NCBI GenBank assembly: GCA_040005035.1
Contig: JBDTZQ010000001.1
Span: 1 to 62,847, forward strand
Length of the DNA stretch: 62,847 bases
Source: Betaproteobacteria bacterium
GTDB taxonomy: Bacteria; Pseudomonadota; Gammaproteobacteria; Burkholderiales; Casimicrobiaceae
Direction: 5' to 3'
The position numbers were made by a program, and so were the translations under genes. This document shows, one piece after another, positions 27,507 through 35,764 of the stretch. Numbering within the stretch: the first letter of the stretch is position 1; each line of letters opens with the position of its first letter. Under the pieces are notes generated by a model. That model was given only the letters and a program-made list of their open reading frames with translations, was not told where the DNA came from and did no database searches.

Positions 27507-28435
27507 CACGCCTCCAGCACGCTCTTGCGCCCGAACAGCCCGCGCGCCCGAAAGGTGACGACCGCGACCAGCAGCAGGTACATCGACAGCAGCGACCATT
27601 CCGACGCATACGCGCCGGTAAGTCCGACGGTGAGCCCGACCAGCAGGCTCGCCATCACCGCGCCCCAGAAGCTGCCGACGCCGCCGAGCACGATGATCAG
27701 GAACGCGGGCACCACCGCGTCGACCCCGACGTGCGGGCGGATGCCCCAGAACGGCGCCATCACCACGCCGGCGATCGCGGCGAGCCCCGCACCGAGCGCG
27801 AACACGAACAGTCGCAGCCGCGACAGGTTGATGCCCATCGCGCGCACGATCTCGCTGTCGTGCGCGCCCGCCTTGATGATCGCGCCGTAGGGCGTGCGCT
27901 CGATGAACACCCACAGCAGCCCGATCATGGCGATGGCGAACGCCGACGCGAAAAAGCGGTACTTGGCGTAGATCATTCCGCCGACCAGCGTCGCGCCCGA
28001 GATCTCCGCGGGAAGCGGCAGCACGTAGTCGCGTGTTCCCCACAGGACGCGGATCGACTCCTCGATCACCAGCGCTGCGCCGAAGGTGAACAGGAGTCCG
28101 TACAGCGGATCCTTGCCGTACGTGCGGCGCAGCCCCACTTCGATGACCATGCCGACGGCGCCGACCAGGATCGGCGCGATGACCAGCGCCAGTGCATAGC
28201 GTGCGCCGGCGGGAAGCTGCACGTACCACGCGAAGCTGTCGGCGGAGGCGCCGAACTTGGGCGCGATCAGCGCCAGCGCAAAGTACGCACCGAGCGCGAA
28301 CAGCGAGCCGTGCGCGAGGTTGATCACCTCCATCACGCCCAGGATCAGCATGAAGCCGAGCGCGATGAGCGAGAACAGCAGACCGAGGCTGATGCCGTTG
28401 ACGAGGTGGGGGACGAGTTGAGCGAGAAAGTCCAT
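27506..28435 (-). CDS. livH: ABC transporter permease (LivH-like)
   Basis: MDFLAQLVPHLVNGISLGLLFSLIALGFMLILGVMEVINLAHGSLFALGAY is the typical LivH N-terminus. Confidence 0.9.
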   Translation of the reverse strand: MDFLAQLVPHLVNGISLGLLFSLIALGFMLILGVMEVINLAHGSLFALGAYFALALIAPKFGASADSFAWYVQLPAGARYALALVIAPILVGAVGMVIEVGLRRTYGKDPLYGLLFTFGAALVIEESIRVLWGTRDYVLPLPAEISGATLVGGMIYAKYRFFASAFAIAMIGLLWVFIERTPYGAIIKAGAHDSEIVRAMGINLSRLRLFVFALGAGLAAIAGVVMAPFWGIRPHVGVDAVVPAFLIIVLGGVGSFWGAVMASLLVGLTVGLTGAYASEWSLLSMYLLLVAVVTFRARGLFGRKSVLEA

Positions 28436-28585
28436 CAGCGTTCGCTCAAGGGTCGTTGAACGATATGGATGTGCCGCCCGGCGAAACCCGGCTCGCGCGC
28501 GAGGCGTTGCGGCGCGTGGCGCCGGGCTTGGCGCAAAGCCCGGCGCAATTCGATCCAATGCGGTCAGCTGCGCTCGCCGCCGCGA

Positions 28586-29866
28586 TCACAGCTCGTACGT
28601 CGGCGTCGCTTCGTAGGTCTCTAGCTTGCAAGCCATGTCGTCCTCGCGCGAATCAAGCACTTCCTCGGGCTTGGTCCAGCTCATGATCTCGAACAGGTCC
28701 GTCTTGTCGCTTGGTTTCATGTTTCGGCGCGCCATGTAGATCGTCTGCTGCAGATGATGCGTCGACGGGTTCATGTATGCGTCGAAGTTCTGCATGCGGT
28801 CCGTCGCCGGGATCTTGAGCTGCTCGAGCTGCTTGATGACGGCGATGTTGTTGGTCGAGCCGGCACGCTCGATCGCGCGCAAGAGCTCGCGCGTGCACAT
28901 GTAGCCGTTGTACGAGACGTTGCCCGGAATCGGAATCGGCGAATCCTTCCATCGCGCCTGGTAGCGGCGCACGTAGTCGTCGACGCCGGGCAGCTTGAGC
29001 TTGTGATACCAATTCGTCCCGAAGACGCCGAACAGGCTGTCGGCGCCCTGGCCCCAGACATCGGGCCAGTCCTGCTGGTTGTTGATCCACGCGGGCTTGG
29101 CGTCGAGCTTGAGCTGCGCGACCTGCGTGCGCAGCGCCTTGATGTCGTCGCCGCCGATCGCCGCCGCCACGACGTCGGGCTTGGCCTGCTGGATCTTGAG
29201 AAGGTACGCCGTGAAGTCGCGGGTGTTCTGCGGCACCAGCAGCTCGTCGACGACCTTGCCGCCGTTGGCCTCGATCTCGGCGCGCGTCGCCTTCGACGTG
29301 TTGTGGCCCCAGACGTAGTCGTTGGTGAGCAGCAGCCAGTTCTTGCCGACGCTGGAAATCGCGTTCTTCACCGTCGCCTTGGAGAAATTCGTGCCGTTGC
29401 CGTCCCAGACGAACTTGGTGCGATGGCAGTCCTTGCCAGCTTCGGTGGGCGAGCTCGAGTTGCTGTTGAAGTAGATGCAGCCGTACTTCTGCGCGACCTG
29501 CGAGATGGCGTTGGCCACGCCGGAATGCAGCGCGCCGACGAGAAACCCGCACTCCTCGCGCGTGATGAAGCGCTCGGCGACGCGCGATCCGGTCGCCGGT
29601 GTCGTCTCGGTGTCCTGCGTGATCCAGATGATCTGGCGGCCCAGGACGCCGCCCTTGGCGTTGAACTCCTCGATCGCCAGGACCATGCCGCGCATGTCGT
29701 CCTGCCCGCTGTCGCCGTACTGGCCGCTGGCGTCGCAGGTCAATCCGAGCTTGATCGGCTTCTTGCCCTGCGCGTAGCTGATGTGCCTGAACGGGCCGAA
29801 AAAGGCCAGTCCGGTACCGATCGCGGCGGCCTTGAGCGCGCGGCGGCGAGTGAACGTTGTGCTCAT
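28586..29866 (-). CDS. periplasmic substrate-binding protein (Leu/Ile/Val-binding family fold) with Tat-type signal
   Basis: GGAGGGA lies before ATG 29866. The N-terminus MSTTFTRRRALKAAAIGTGLAFF contains a twin-Arg motif. The family-typical segment is IKLGLTCDASGQYGDSG...AIEEFNAKGGVLGRQI. Confidence 0.85.
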   Translation of the reverse strand: MSTTFTRRRALKAAAIGTGLAFFGPFRHISYAQGKKPIKLGLTCDASGQYGDSGQDDMRGMVLAIEEFNAKGGVLGRQIIWITQDTETTPATGSRVAERFITREECGFLVGALHSGVANAISQVAQKYGCIYFNSNSSSPTEAGKDCHRTKFVWDGNGTNFSKATVKNAISSVGKNWLLLTNDYVWGHNTSKATRAEIEANGGKVVDELLVPQNTRDFTAYLLKIQQAKPDVVAAAIGGDDIKALRTQVAQLKLDAKPAWINNQQDWPDVWGQGADSLFGVFGTNWYHKLKLPGVDDYVRRYQARWKDSPIPIPGNVSYNGYMCTRELLRAIERAGSTNNIAVIKQLEQLKIPATDRMQNFDAYMNPSTHHLQQTIYMARRNMKPSDKTDLFEIMSWTKPEEVLDSREDDMACKLETYEATPTYEL

Positions 29867-29992
29867 CGATCCCTCCTTGGATGATGCGCGAAGCCGCCGC
29901 CTTCCAGACGGTCTGTCCTCCCCGCGCGTGTCGTGCATCGCGCCTGCCGGCCGCGCCGTCGGCAAATGCCGTGGAGCGTGCCGTTGAACGCC

Positions 29993-30049
29993 GGTTGCTG
30001 CAACTAGGTTGCCACTAAGTTGCCAACTAAGTACCAACGAAAGTTGCAA
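29993..30049. promoter_or_regulatory. cluster of (A/G)GTTGC(C)A repeats at 11-14 bp phasing in the divergent SBP/rpiR promoter region
   Basis: The cluster reads ggttgctgcaa ctaggttgcca ctaagttgcca actaagtacca acgaaagttgcaa. It has the same AGTTGCCA core as the array at 25007-25083. Confidence 0.5.
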
Positions 30050-30108
30050 TAGCGCCCGCCGGAAACGATAATGAACAAACGTTTACGGACAAGCGGTCCA
30101 AAGAATAG

Positions 30109-31026
30109 ATGTTCAAAACTGGAGTGTCAAGCGAGCGCCGCCCGGCGCCGGCCGGCGGCAAATCGCGCGTTGCCCCGCGTCGCACCAAGGCGCCGGACCG
30201 CATCGCGGCGCCGGCGTCGTTCGGTGCGTTGAGCGCGCTGATCGCCGCGCGCTACGATTCGCTGCAAGGCCAGATGCGCCAGATCGCGAAGGTCGCGATC
30301 GAGCGCCCGACCGATGTCGCGTTGCAGACGGTAGCCGAAGTGGCGAGACACGCCAAGGTTCAGCCGTCGAGCGTGGTGCGCTTCGCGCAGGCGCTCGGTT
30401 TTCCAGGCTTCGGCGAAATGCAGGCGGTGTTCCAGTCGCGCCTGATCGCGCAGTCGTCGAGCTACAGCGAGCGGATCGAGGCGCTGCGCAGCGGCCGGCC
30501 TGCCAATCGCCAGCCGGGTCCGGAGGCGAACCTGGCCGAGTTCGTCGACAACGGCGTCGCCGCGCTGCACCAGCTACGCAGCACGGTATCGGCGAAGGAC
30601 CTGGCGCGCGCCGCGGAGCTGCTCGACAACGCCGCCGTCATCCACATCCTTGCGCAGGGTCGCTCGTTTCCGGTGGCGTGGTACATCGCCTACGCGTTGA
30701 ACCGCTTCGGCGTCTCAAGCCAGCTCGTCGACGGATTGGGCGGCATGAACGCGCAGCGCCTGCGCCTCGCGCGCCGCAACGACGTGCTCATCGCCATCAG
30801 CTTCAAGGACTACGCGCCCGAGGTCGTGTCGCTGGTCAATGCCACTGCCAAGCGCAATGTTCCGGTGGTGGTCATCACCGACGGCCCGCTGAGCCCGCTA
30901 GCCAAGAGCGCGCGCGTGCGGCTCGATGTCGAGTCGGGCGACGCGCAGCCGTTTCGCTCGCTGGTGGCTCCGATGTGCCTCGCCCAGACGCTGGTGGTGA
31001 CCCTCGGCGACCGGCGCGCCGCCTGA
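30109..31026 (+). CDS. MurR/RpiR-family transcriptional regulator (HTH_6 plus SIS domain)
   Basis: The HTH region is IAKVAIERPTDVALQTVAEVARHAKVQPSSVVRFAQALGFPGFGEMQ. A C-terminal SIS-like region follows (IHILAQGRSFPVAWY...DVLIAISF). It is divergent from the transporter operon. Confidence 0.85.
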   Translation: MFKTGVSSERRPAPAGGKSRVAPRRTKAPDRIAAPASFGALSALIAARYDSLQGQMRQIAKVAIERPTDVALQTVAEVARHAKVQPSSVVRFAQALGFPGFGEMQAVFQSRLIAQSSSYSERIEALRSGRPANRQPGPEANLAEFVDNGVAALHQLRSTVSAKDLARAAELLDNAAVIHILAQGRSFPVAWYIAYALNRFGVSSQLVDGLGGMNAQRLRLARRNDVLIAISFKDYAPEVVSLVNATAKRNVPVVVITDGPLSPLAKSARVRLDVESGDAQPFRSLVAPMCLAQTLVVTLGDRRAA

Positions 31027-31092
31027 ACGACGCCGTACGGCGCAGCCGGCGGCGACGTCGCTCCGAGAACTTCTTCCGTCGTGTCGTGCTGC

Positions 31093-31509
31093 CTACGGCG
31101 CGTTCGGACGATTCGGCGGCAGCGTGCGGAATATGCAGTCGAACGCCGCGTCGTTGCCCGTGCCCGCACCGAAGAACCCGACCAGCGCCTGGCGGTAGCT
31201 CGCCTCGCTGATGCGGTTGTAGTAGAGCCGCGACGTGACGTTGATGAAATAGTTGTAGTTGTCGTTGCCCATGTCGTTCGCCAGGATCTGTTGGGTGAGA
31301 TCCTCGCTTCCTATCTGAAGCCTCCTGCACGACGACGGCAGCTGCTTCAGGTACGCGTTGAAGCCGGTCGCCTGGTTGCTGCGCACGGCGTCGGGCGCGC
31401 ACGCCGTGGCGAAAAGCACGCTGGCCAGCACGACCGCTGCGCGGCCGACAGCCAGCATCGTCTGGCGGGGTTCAGTGCAAGGTCTACGATTCATTTTGCG
31501 AGACTCCAT
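31093..31509 (-). CDS. hypothetical lipoprotein
   Basis: A lipobox-like signal peptide is present (AAVVLASVLFATAC). Several in-frame starts are possible (31509, 31494, 31458). Confidence 0.5.
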   Translation of the reverse strand: MESRKMNRRPCTEPRQTMLAVGRAAVVLASVLFATACAPDAVRSNQATGFNAYLKQLPSSCRRLQIGSEDLTQQILANDMGNDNYNYFINVTSRLYYNRISEASYRQALVGFFGAGTGNDAAFDCIFRTLPPNRPNAP

Positions 31510-31542
31510 TCAAAGGTTATTGGATCATCGGATCAACGCAAC

Positions 31543-31634
31543 TGTCATTCCGAGGAGCGTTAGCGCCGAGGAACCTGCTTCTTGGAACTTGTTCGGTTTT
31601 GTCAACAGCAGATTCCCCGGTCCTCGGAATGACA
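31543..31634. repeat. 92-bp MITE/REP-like palindromic element with perfect 14-bp terminal inverted repeats
   Basis: tgtcattccgagga at 31543-31556 pairs with tcctcggaatgaca at 31621-31634. The arms are related to the repeats at 60884-61010. Confidence 0.75.
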
Positions 31635-31641
31635 AGTAACA

Positions 31642-34509
31642 CTAAGAATCGTGTTTGGGTTTTTTCGGCTTGTCCGGTGCCCCGGCGAGGACCAGCGTGT
31701 CGGCGCCGGCCTTCTCGGCGTGGCGCTTTTCCAGGTCGGCGAGCAGGCCCTCGTCGGACAGGTCGAGCGCGCTGGAATGCTCCCAGTCGTGCTGCGCCAC
31801 CTTCGCCAGTCGCTTGACGACGTCCTTGTCGCGGACTTCGATGCCGAGCTCGCGGCGTGCGTCGAAGCTGCCGGGCGCCAGGTTGATCGAGCCGACGATC
31901 CCCGACTTCTCGTCCGCGAGCAGCATCTTGGCGTGCAGCTTGAGGTGCTTGAGCTTGTGCACCTTGATGCCGACGTCGTGCATGATGCGCAGTCCGCTTA
32001 CGCCTTCGAGCATCTTGTCTTTTTTCAGCGTGTGCGGCGGTCGCGCCATGACGTGAACCTTGACTCCGCGCGCCCGCGCCCGGACCAGGCGCTCGAGGAT
32101 CACCGGGTCCTGGTAGCGCTCGTTCTGGACGAAGATCGAATCCTTCGCCTGGTCGATGAAATGCGCGATGCGCGCACGGCCGTTGTTGTTGCACCAGATT
32201 AGGCGCGCGCTCTCTCCCGGGTCGAACGCGCTGCGCGACCAGTCGGCTTCGAAGCACTGCATGATCTCGTTCACTTCGCCTGGGTCGTCGGTGACCACGG
32301 CGTAATCACGGGTCGCGGTGAGATTCTCGGAATCCCAGTTGAGCGACTTCACGAACGCCGACGAATCGTCGACGACCATCGACTTCTCGTGGGTGAGATC
32401 GAACGCGGGGTTGCTGTCCTCGACCTCGACGCCGCCCTCTATCAACGCCGCGCGCGATGCCTCGTTCTCGGTCTCGCCGCTGCGCCGCGCCGGATTGAGC
32501 ATCACCCGCACCTTCAGTCCGCGCTGCCTGGCACCGATGACCGCTGCGATCAACGACGCATCCGAAAACACGAACATCTTGATGCGCAGCGACTTCTTGG
32601 CGCTCGCAATGGCGTCGAGAATCGGTTGTGCGGAGTCATCGGGAAGTACGATCAGCGAGCGGGCCATGGCGTGTCTCGTCAGTGTGCGGATGCGGGCGGG
32701 GGAAGGGGGCGTGGACGCCGCGGGCGCAGCCGCAGGGCCGCCTGGCTGCTCGTACTGTATCCGATGCAGCTCTGCGTAGACGCCGCCCAGCGCGACGAGC
32801 TCGTCGTGCGTCCCCTGCTCGGCGACCACGCCGTCCTTGAGCACGATGATCTTGTGCGCATCGCGAATCGTCGACAGCCGATGCGCGATGGTGATGACGG
32901 TGCGGCCCTTCATCAGGCGCTCGAGGCCTTCGATTACCAGCCACTCCGACTCGGTGTCGAGCGCCGCGGTCGGCTCGTCGAGGATGAGTATCGGAGTGTT
33001 GCGAATGATCGCGCGAGCGATGCCGATGCGCTGGCGCTGCCCGCCGGAGAGCGTGAGCCCGCGCTCGCCCACGGCTGAATCGTAGCCATGCGCCATCGCG
33101 CTGATGAAGTCGTGCGCGTTGGCGAGCTTGGCGGCGGCGGTGATCTCGTCCTCGGTCGCGCCGGGCCGGCCGTAGGCGATGTTCTCGCGGATCGTGCCGC
33201 GGAACAACACCGTGTCCTGCAGCACGAAGCCGATCTGGCTGCGCAGCGACTTCTTGGTGTAGTCGCGCACGTCGCGTCCGTCGACCATCACGCGCCCGCT
33301 GCTGGCGTCGTAGAAGCGCGGAATCAGCCCGACCACGGTCGATTTGCCGCCGCCCGTAGTGCCGACCACGCCGACCATCTGTCCGGGCGCGATGCGGAAG
33401 CTCACGTCGCGCAGGATCGGCGTCTTCGGGTCATAGCCGAAGGCGACGTTCTCGAGCACGATCTCGCCGCGCGCTTGGGTGAGCTCAGTCGCGCCGGGAC
33501 GGTCGGGGATCACGTTGTCGGTCTCGAGGATGCCCTGGATGCGCTCGAGCGCGACCGCCGCGGCGGCGATCGCGTTGGTCATCTTCGCCAGGTCCTGCAC
33601 CGGCTTGAAGAACTTGCTGAGATACGCCAGGAATACGGTGAGCGCGCCGATGGTCATCGCGCCGGCGACGATCAGCGATGCGCCGCGCCACAGCACGATC
33701 GCGGTGCAGAGCGCGACCACGACCGTCACCACCGGCGACAGCAGCGACTTAACTTTGCGCGCCTTGAGCGCCGCATCGACCGTGGCGTGGCTGACTTCGG
33801 CCAGCCGCGATTCCTCGAGATCCTGCCGGCCAAAGGCCTTGACCACGCGAACCGATTCCAGCCCCTGCTGCACGACGCTGACGATGTCCGATTGGTGCAG
33901 GCGAACCTCGTGCTGCGCCTTTTTCACTGCCTTCTTGAAGCGTGCGACGAACAGCAGCAGGAACGGCGTGACGCCGACGGCGAGCAGCGCGAAGTCCCAG
34001 TTGAGCAAGAACATCAGCACGACGATGCCGACGATGGTGAGCAGGTCGACCAGGATGCCGAGCGTCGCGGACGAGGCGAAATCCTGGACGGTGGCCACAT
34101 CGTTGGTGATGGTCGAGAGCAGCACGCCGGTTTGCTGATGGTCGAAATAGCCGAGCGACATGCGCTGCAGATGGTCGTAGATGCGCACGCGCAGGTCGTG
34201 CGCGACCCACTGGCCGACGCTTTCGGTGTAGTAGTTGTCGATGTACGAAGCGAGTGCACCGACCGCGGCGATAGCCACCACGCCGATCGCCGCCAGCGCC
34301 GCTAGGCCTATCTTGGATTGCGCCATCGGGAAGTCGCGCATCCAGTGCAGCCATTCCGGCAGCGGATGCGAGCCGAGCACGTTGTCGATGACGACCTTCA
34401 GCGGCCACGGTCCCGCCATGCTCATCGCGGTCTCGAGGAGCATGGCGACGAAGACGATGGCGAGCCACCGGTGATAAGGGCGGACCAGGTCGAGGACCAG
34501 CCGCGTCAT
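31642..34509 (-). CDS. MsbA-like ABC exporter (TMD plus NBD) fused in frame to a phospholipase D-like domain with two HKD motifs
   Basis: Starting at ATG 34509, the N-terminal roughly 600 aa form a six-TM exporter with GTTGGGKST, LSGGQRQRIGIARA and ILILDEPT. A Pro/Ala linker follows, then a PLD-like domain with HEKSMVVDD and HAKMLLADE. Confidence 0.85.
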   Translation of the reverse strand: MTRLVLDLVRPYHRWLAIVFVAMLLETAMSMAGPWPLKVVIDNVLGSHPLPEWLHWMRDFPMAQSKIGLAALAAIGVVAIAAVGALASYIDNYYTESVGQWVAHDLRVRIYDHLQRMSLGYFDHQQTGVLLSTITNDVATVQDFASSATLGILVDLLTIVGIVVLMFLLNWDFALLAVGVTPFLLLFVARFKKAVKKAQHEVRLHQSDIVSVVQQGLESVRVVKAFGRQDLEESRLAEVSHATVDAALKARKVKSLLSPVVTVVVALCTAIVLWRGASLIVAGAMTIGALTVFLAYLSKFFKPVQDLAKMTNAIAAAAVALERIQGILETDNVIPDRPGATELTQARGEIVLENVAFGYDPKTPILRDVSFRIAPGQMVGVVGTTGGGKSTVVGLIPRFYDASSGRVMVDGRDVRDYTKKSLRSQIGFVLQDTVLFRGTIRENIAYGRPGATEDEITAAAKLANAHDFISAMAHGYDSAVGERGLTLSGGQRQRIGIARAIIRNTPILILDEPTAALDTESEWLVIEGLERLMKGRTVITIAHRLSTIRDAHKIIVLKDGVVAEQGTHDELVALGGVYAELHRIQYEQPGGPAAAPAASTPPSPARIRTLTRHAMARSLIVLPDDSAQPILDAIASAKKSLRIKMFVFSDASLIAAVIGARQRGLKVRVMLNPARRSGETENEASRAALIEGGVEVEDSNPAFDLTHEKSMVVDDSSAFVKSLNWDSENLTATRDYAVVTDDPGEVNEIMQCFEADWSRSAFDPGESARLIWCNNNGRARIAHFIDQAKDSIFVQNERYQDPVILERLVRARARGVKVHVMARPPHTLKKDKMLEGVSGLRIMHDVGIKVHKLKHLKLHAKMLLADEKSGIVGSINLAPGSFDARRELGIEVRDKDVVKRLAKVAQHDWEHSSALDLSDEGLLADLEKRHAEKAGADTLVLAGAPDKPKKPKHDS

Positions 34510-34534
34510 CGTCGGCTGGCCTGCCCGGGGCGCG

Positions 34535-35101
34535 TCAGATGTGCGCAAACGCCAGCCCGCCGACGGCGACCGCCACCGCAGCAACCGCGTACGAAATCAT
34601 CTGCAGCGTCTTGTTGCGGGTGAGGATCGTGATCGCGGCCAGCGCAATGGCGATCTGGATGAGCGTGGTGGCCTGCGCCCAGCGGTGATGCACGTGCATC
34701 GACGCTTCGCTGGCGAGCTCGGCGTCCTTGGACTGCTGCTCCAGCTTCTTCGCCTCCGGCATGATTTCCTCTTTTTCCTTTTTGTAGCGGTCGATCTCCT
34801 TCGTGTATCGCGCCTGCACGTCGCCGGTGGTCAACGTCGCTCCAAGCTCGGCGAGGTTCTGCTTGCTGCTCTTGGCCTGGTAGAAATTCCACTGGTCCGA
34901 CGCCTCGGCACGGCGGATGGCGGATTCGTTCTTGTAGAGCAGCGCTGCATTCTGCGTGGCGCCGCCCATGTAGCCCATGAATGCGCCGACGGTGGCGAAG
35001 ATCGCGGTCATGACGGCGATGCGCCCCGCGAACGGGTCGTGCTGCGCGCGATGCTCGGCCTCGTGATCGTGCGGGCCGTGTACATGGAAGCCTTCGGACA
35101 T
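34535..35101 (-). CDS. DUF4337-family protein
   Basis: The N-terminus is His-rich, followed by AIFATVGAFMGYMGGATQNAALLYKNESAIRRAEASDQWNFYQAKSSKQ and a C-terminal TM helix. It is 25 nt upstream of the ABC-PLD gene. Confidence 0.7.
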   Translation of the reverse strand: MSEGFHVHGPHDHEAEHRAQHDPFAGRIAVMTAIFATVGAFMGYMGGATQNAALLYKNESAIRRAEASDQWNFYQAKSSKQNLAELGATLTTGDVQARYTKEIDRYKKEKEEIMPEAKKLEQQSKDAELASEASMHVHHRWAQATTLIQIAIALAAITILTRNKTLQMISYAVAAVAVAVGGLAFAHI

Positions 35102-35143
35102 GATGCTCTCCCGGGTGAGCTACAAGCGGCGCAGTCGACTGCT

Positions 35144-35641
35144 TCAGCTGCCTGCCGTGCGTTGGTGCATGGTAAACGCGAACTTCGGGGCGGCACCGGT
35201 CGAACCCGCGTGCGTTTCGCGCGACGTTTCCCGCCACGGCTCGCGCGCGAACGCGGGAAAACGCGCGTCGCCATCGTAGTCGCGGTCGAGCTCGGTGATG
35301 TAGAGCAGCTGCGCCAGCGGCAGCGCTTCGCGATAGAGCGACTCTCCGCCGATGACGAATACCGGCTCGGGTTGCGTGGCCAGTCGGATCGCATCCTCGA
35401 GACTGGCGGCGATCTGCGCGCCACTCGCCGGGAAGTCGCGCTGGCGCGTGACGACGATGTTCTGGCGCCCCGGCAGCGGCTTGCCGATCGACTGCCATGT
35501 CTTGCGCCCCATGATGATCGAGTGCCCCAGGGTCAGCTCGCGAAACCGTCGCAGATCCTCCGGCAGGTGCCACGGGAGCCGATTGCGGTCGCCGATCACG
35601 CCGTTTCGCGCGACCGCGGCGATCAGCGCGATGCGCGGCAT
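35144..35641 (-). CDS. folA: dihydrofolate reductase
   Basis: The sequence is MPRIALIAAVARNGVIGDRNRLPWHLPEDLRRFRELTLGHSIIMGRKTWQSIGKPLPGRQNIVVTR. The track start at 35698 is an upstream alternative. Confidence 0.9.
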   Translation of the reverse strand: MPRIALIAAVARNGVIGDRNRLPWHLPEDLRRFRELTLGHSIIMGRKTWQSIGKPLPGRQNIVVTRQRDFPASGAQIAASLEDAIRLATQPEPVFVIGGESLYREALPLAQLLYITELDRDYDGDARFPAFAREPWRETSRETHAGSTGAAPKFAFTMHQRTAGS

Positions 35642-35764
35642 CGGGGCGGCCGGCTGCAGCGAGCTTGGCGGCGCTGCGCGCGGTAGTGTATCGTTCACGC
35701 GGGACCTTGGGCTCTAGGCTTTGAGTTGCTAGCCAACGATTATAGCGGCCGCGCCTGACCACAC

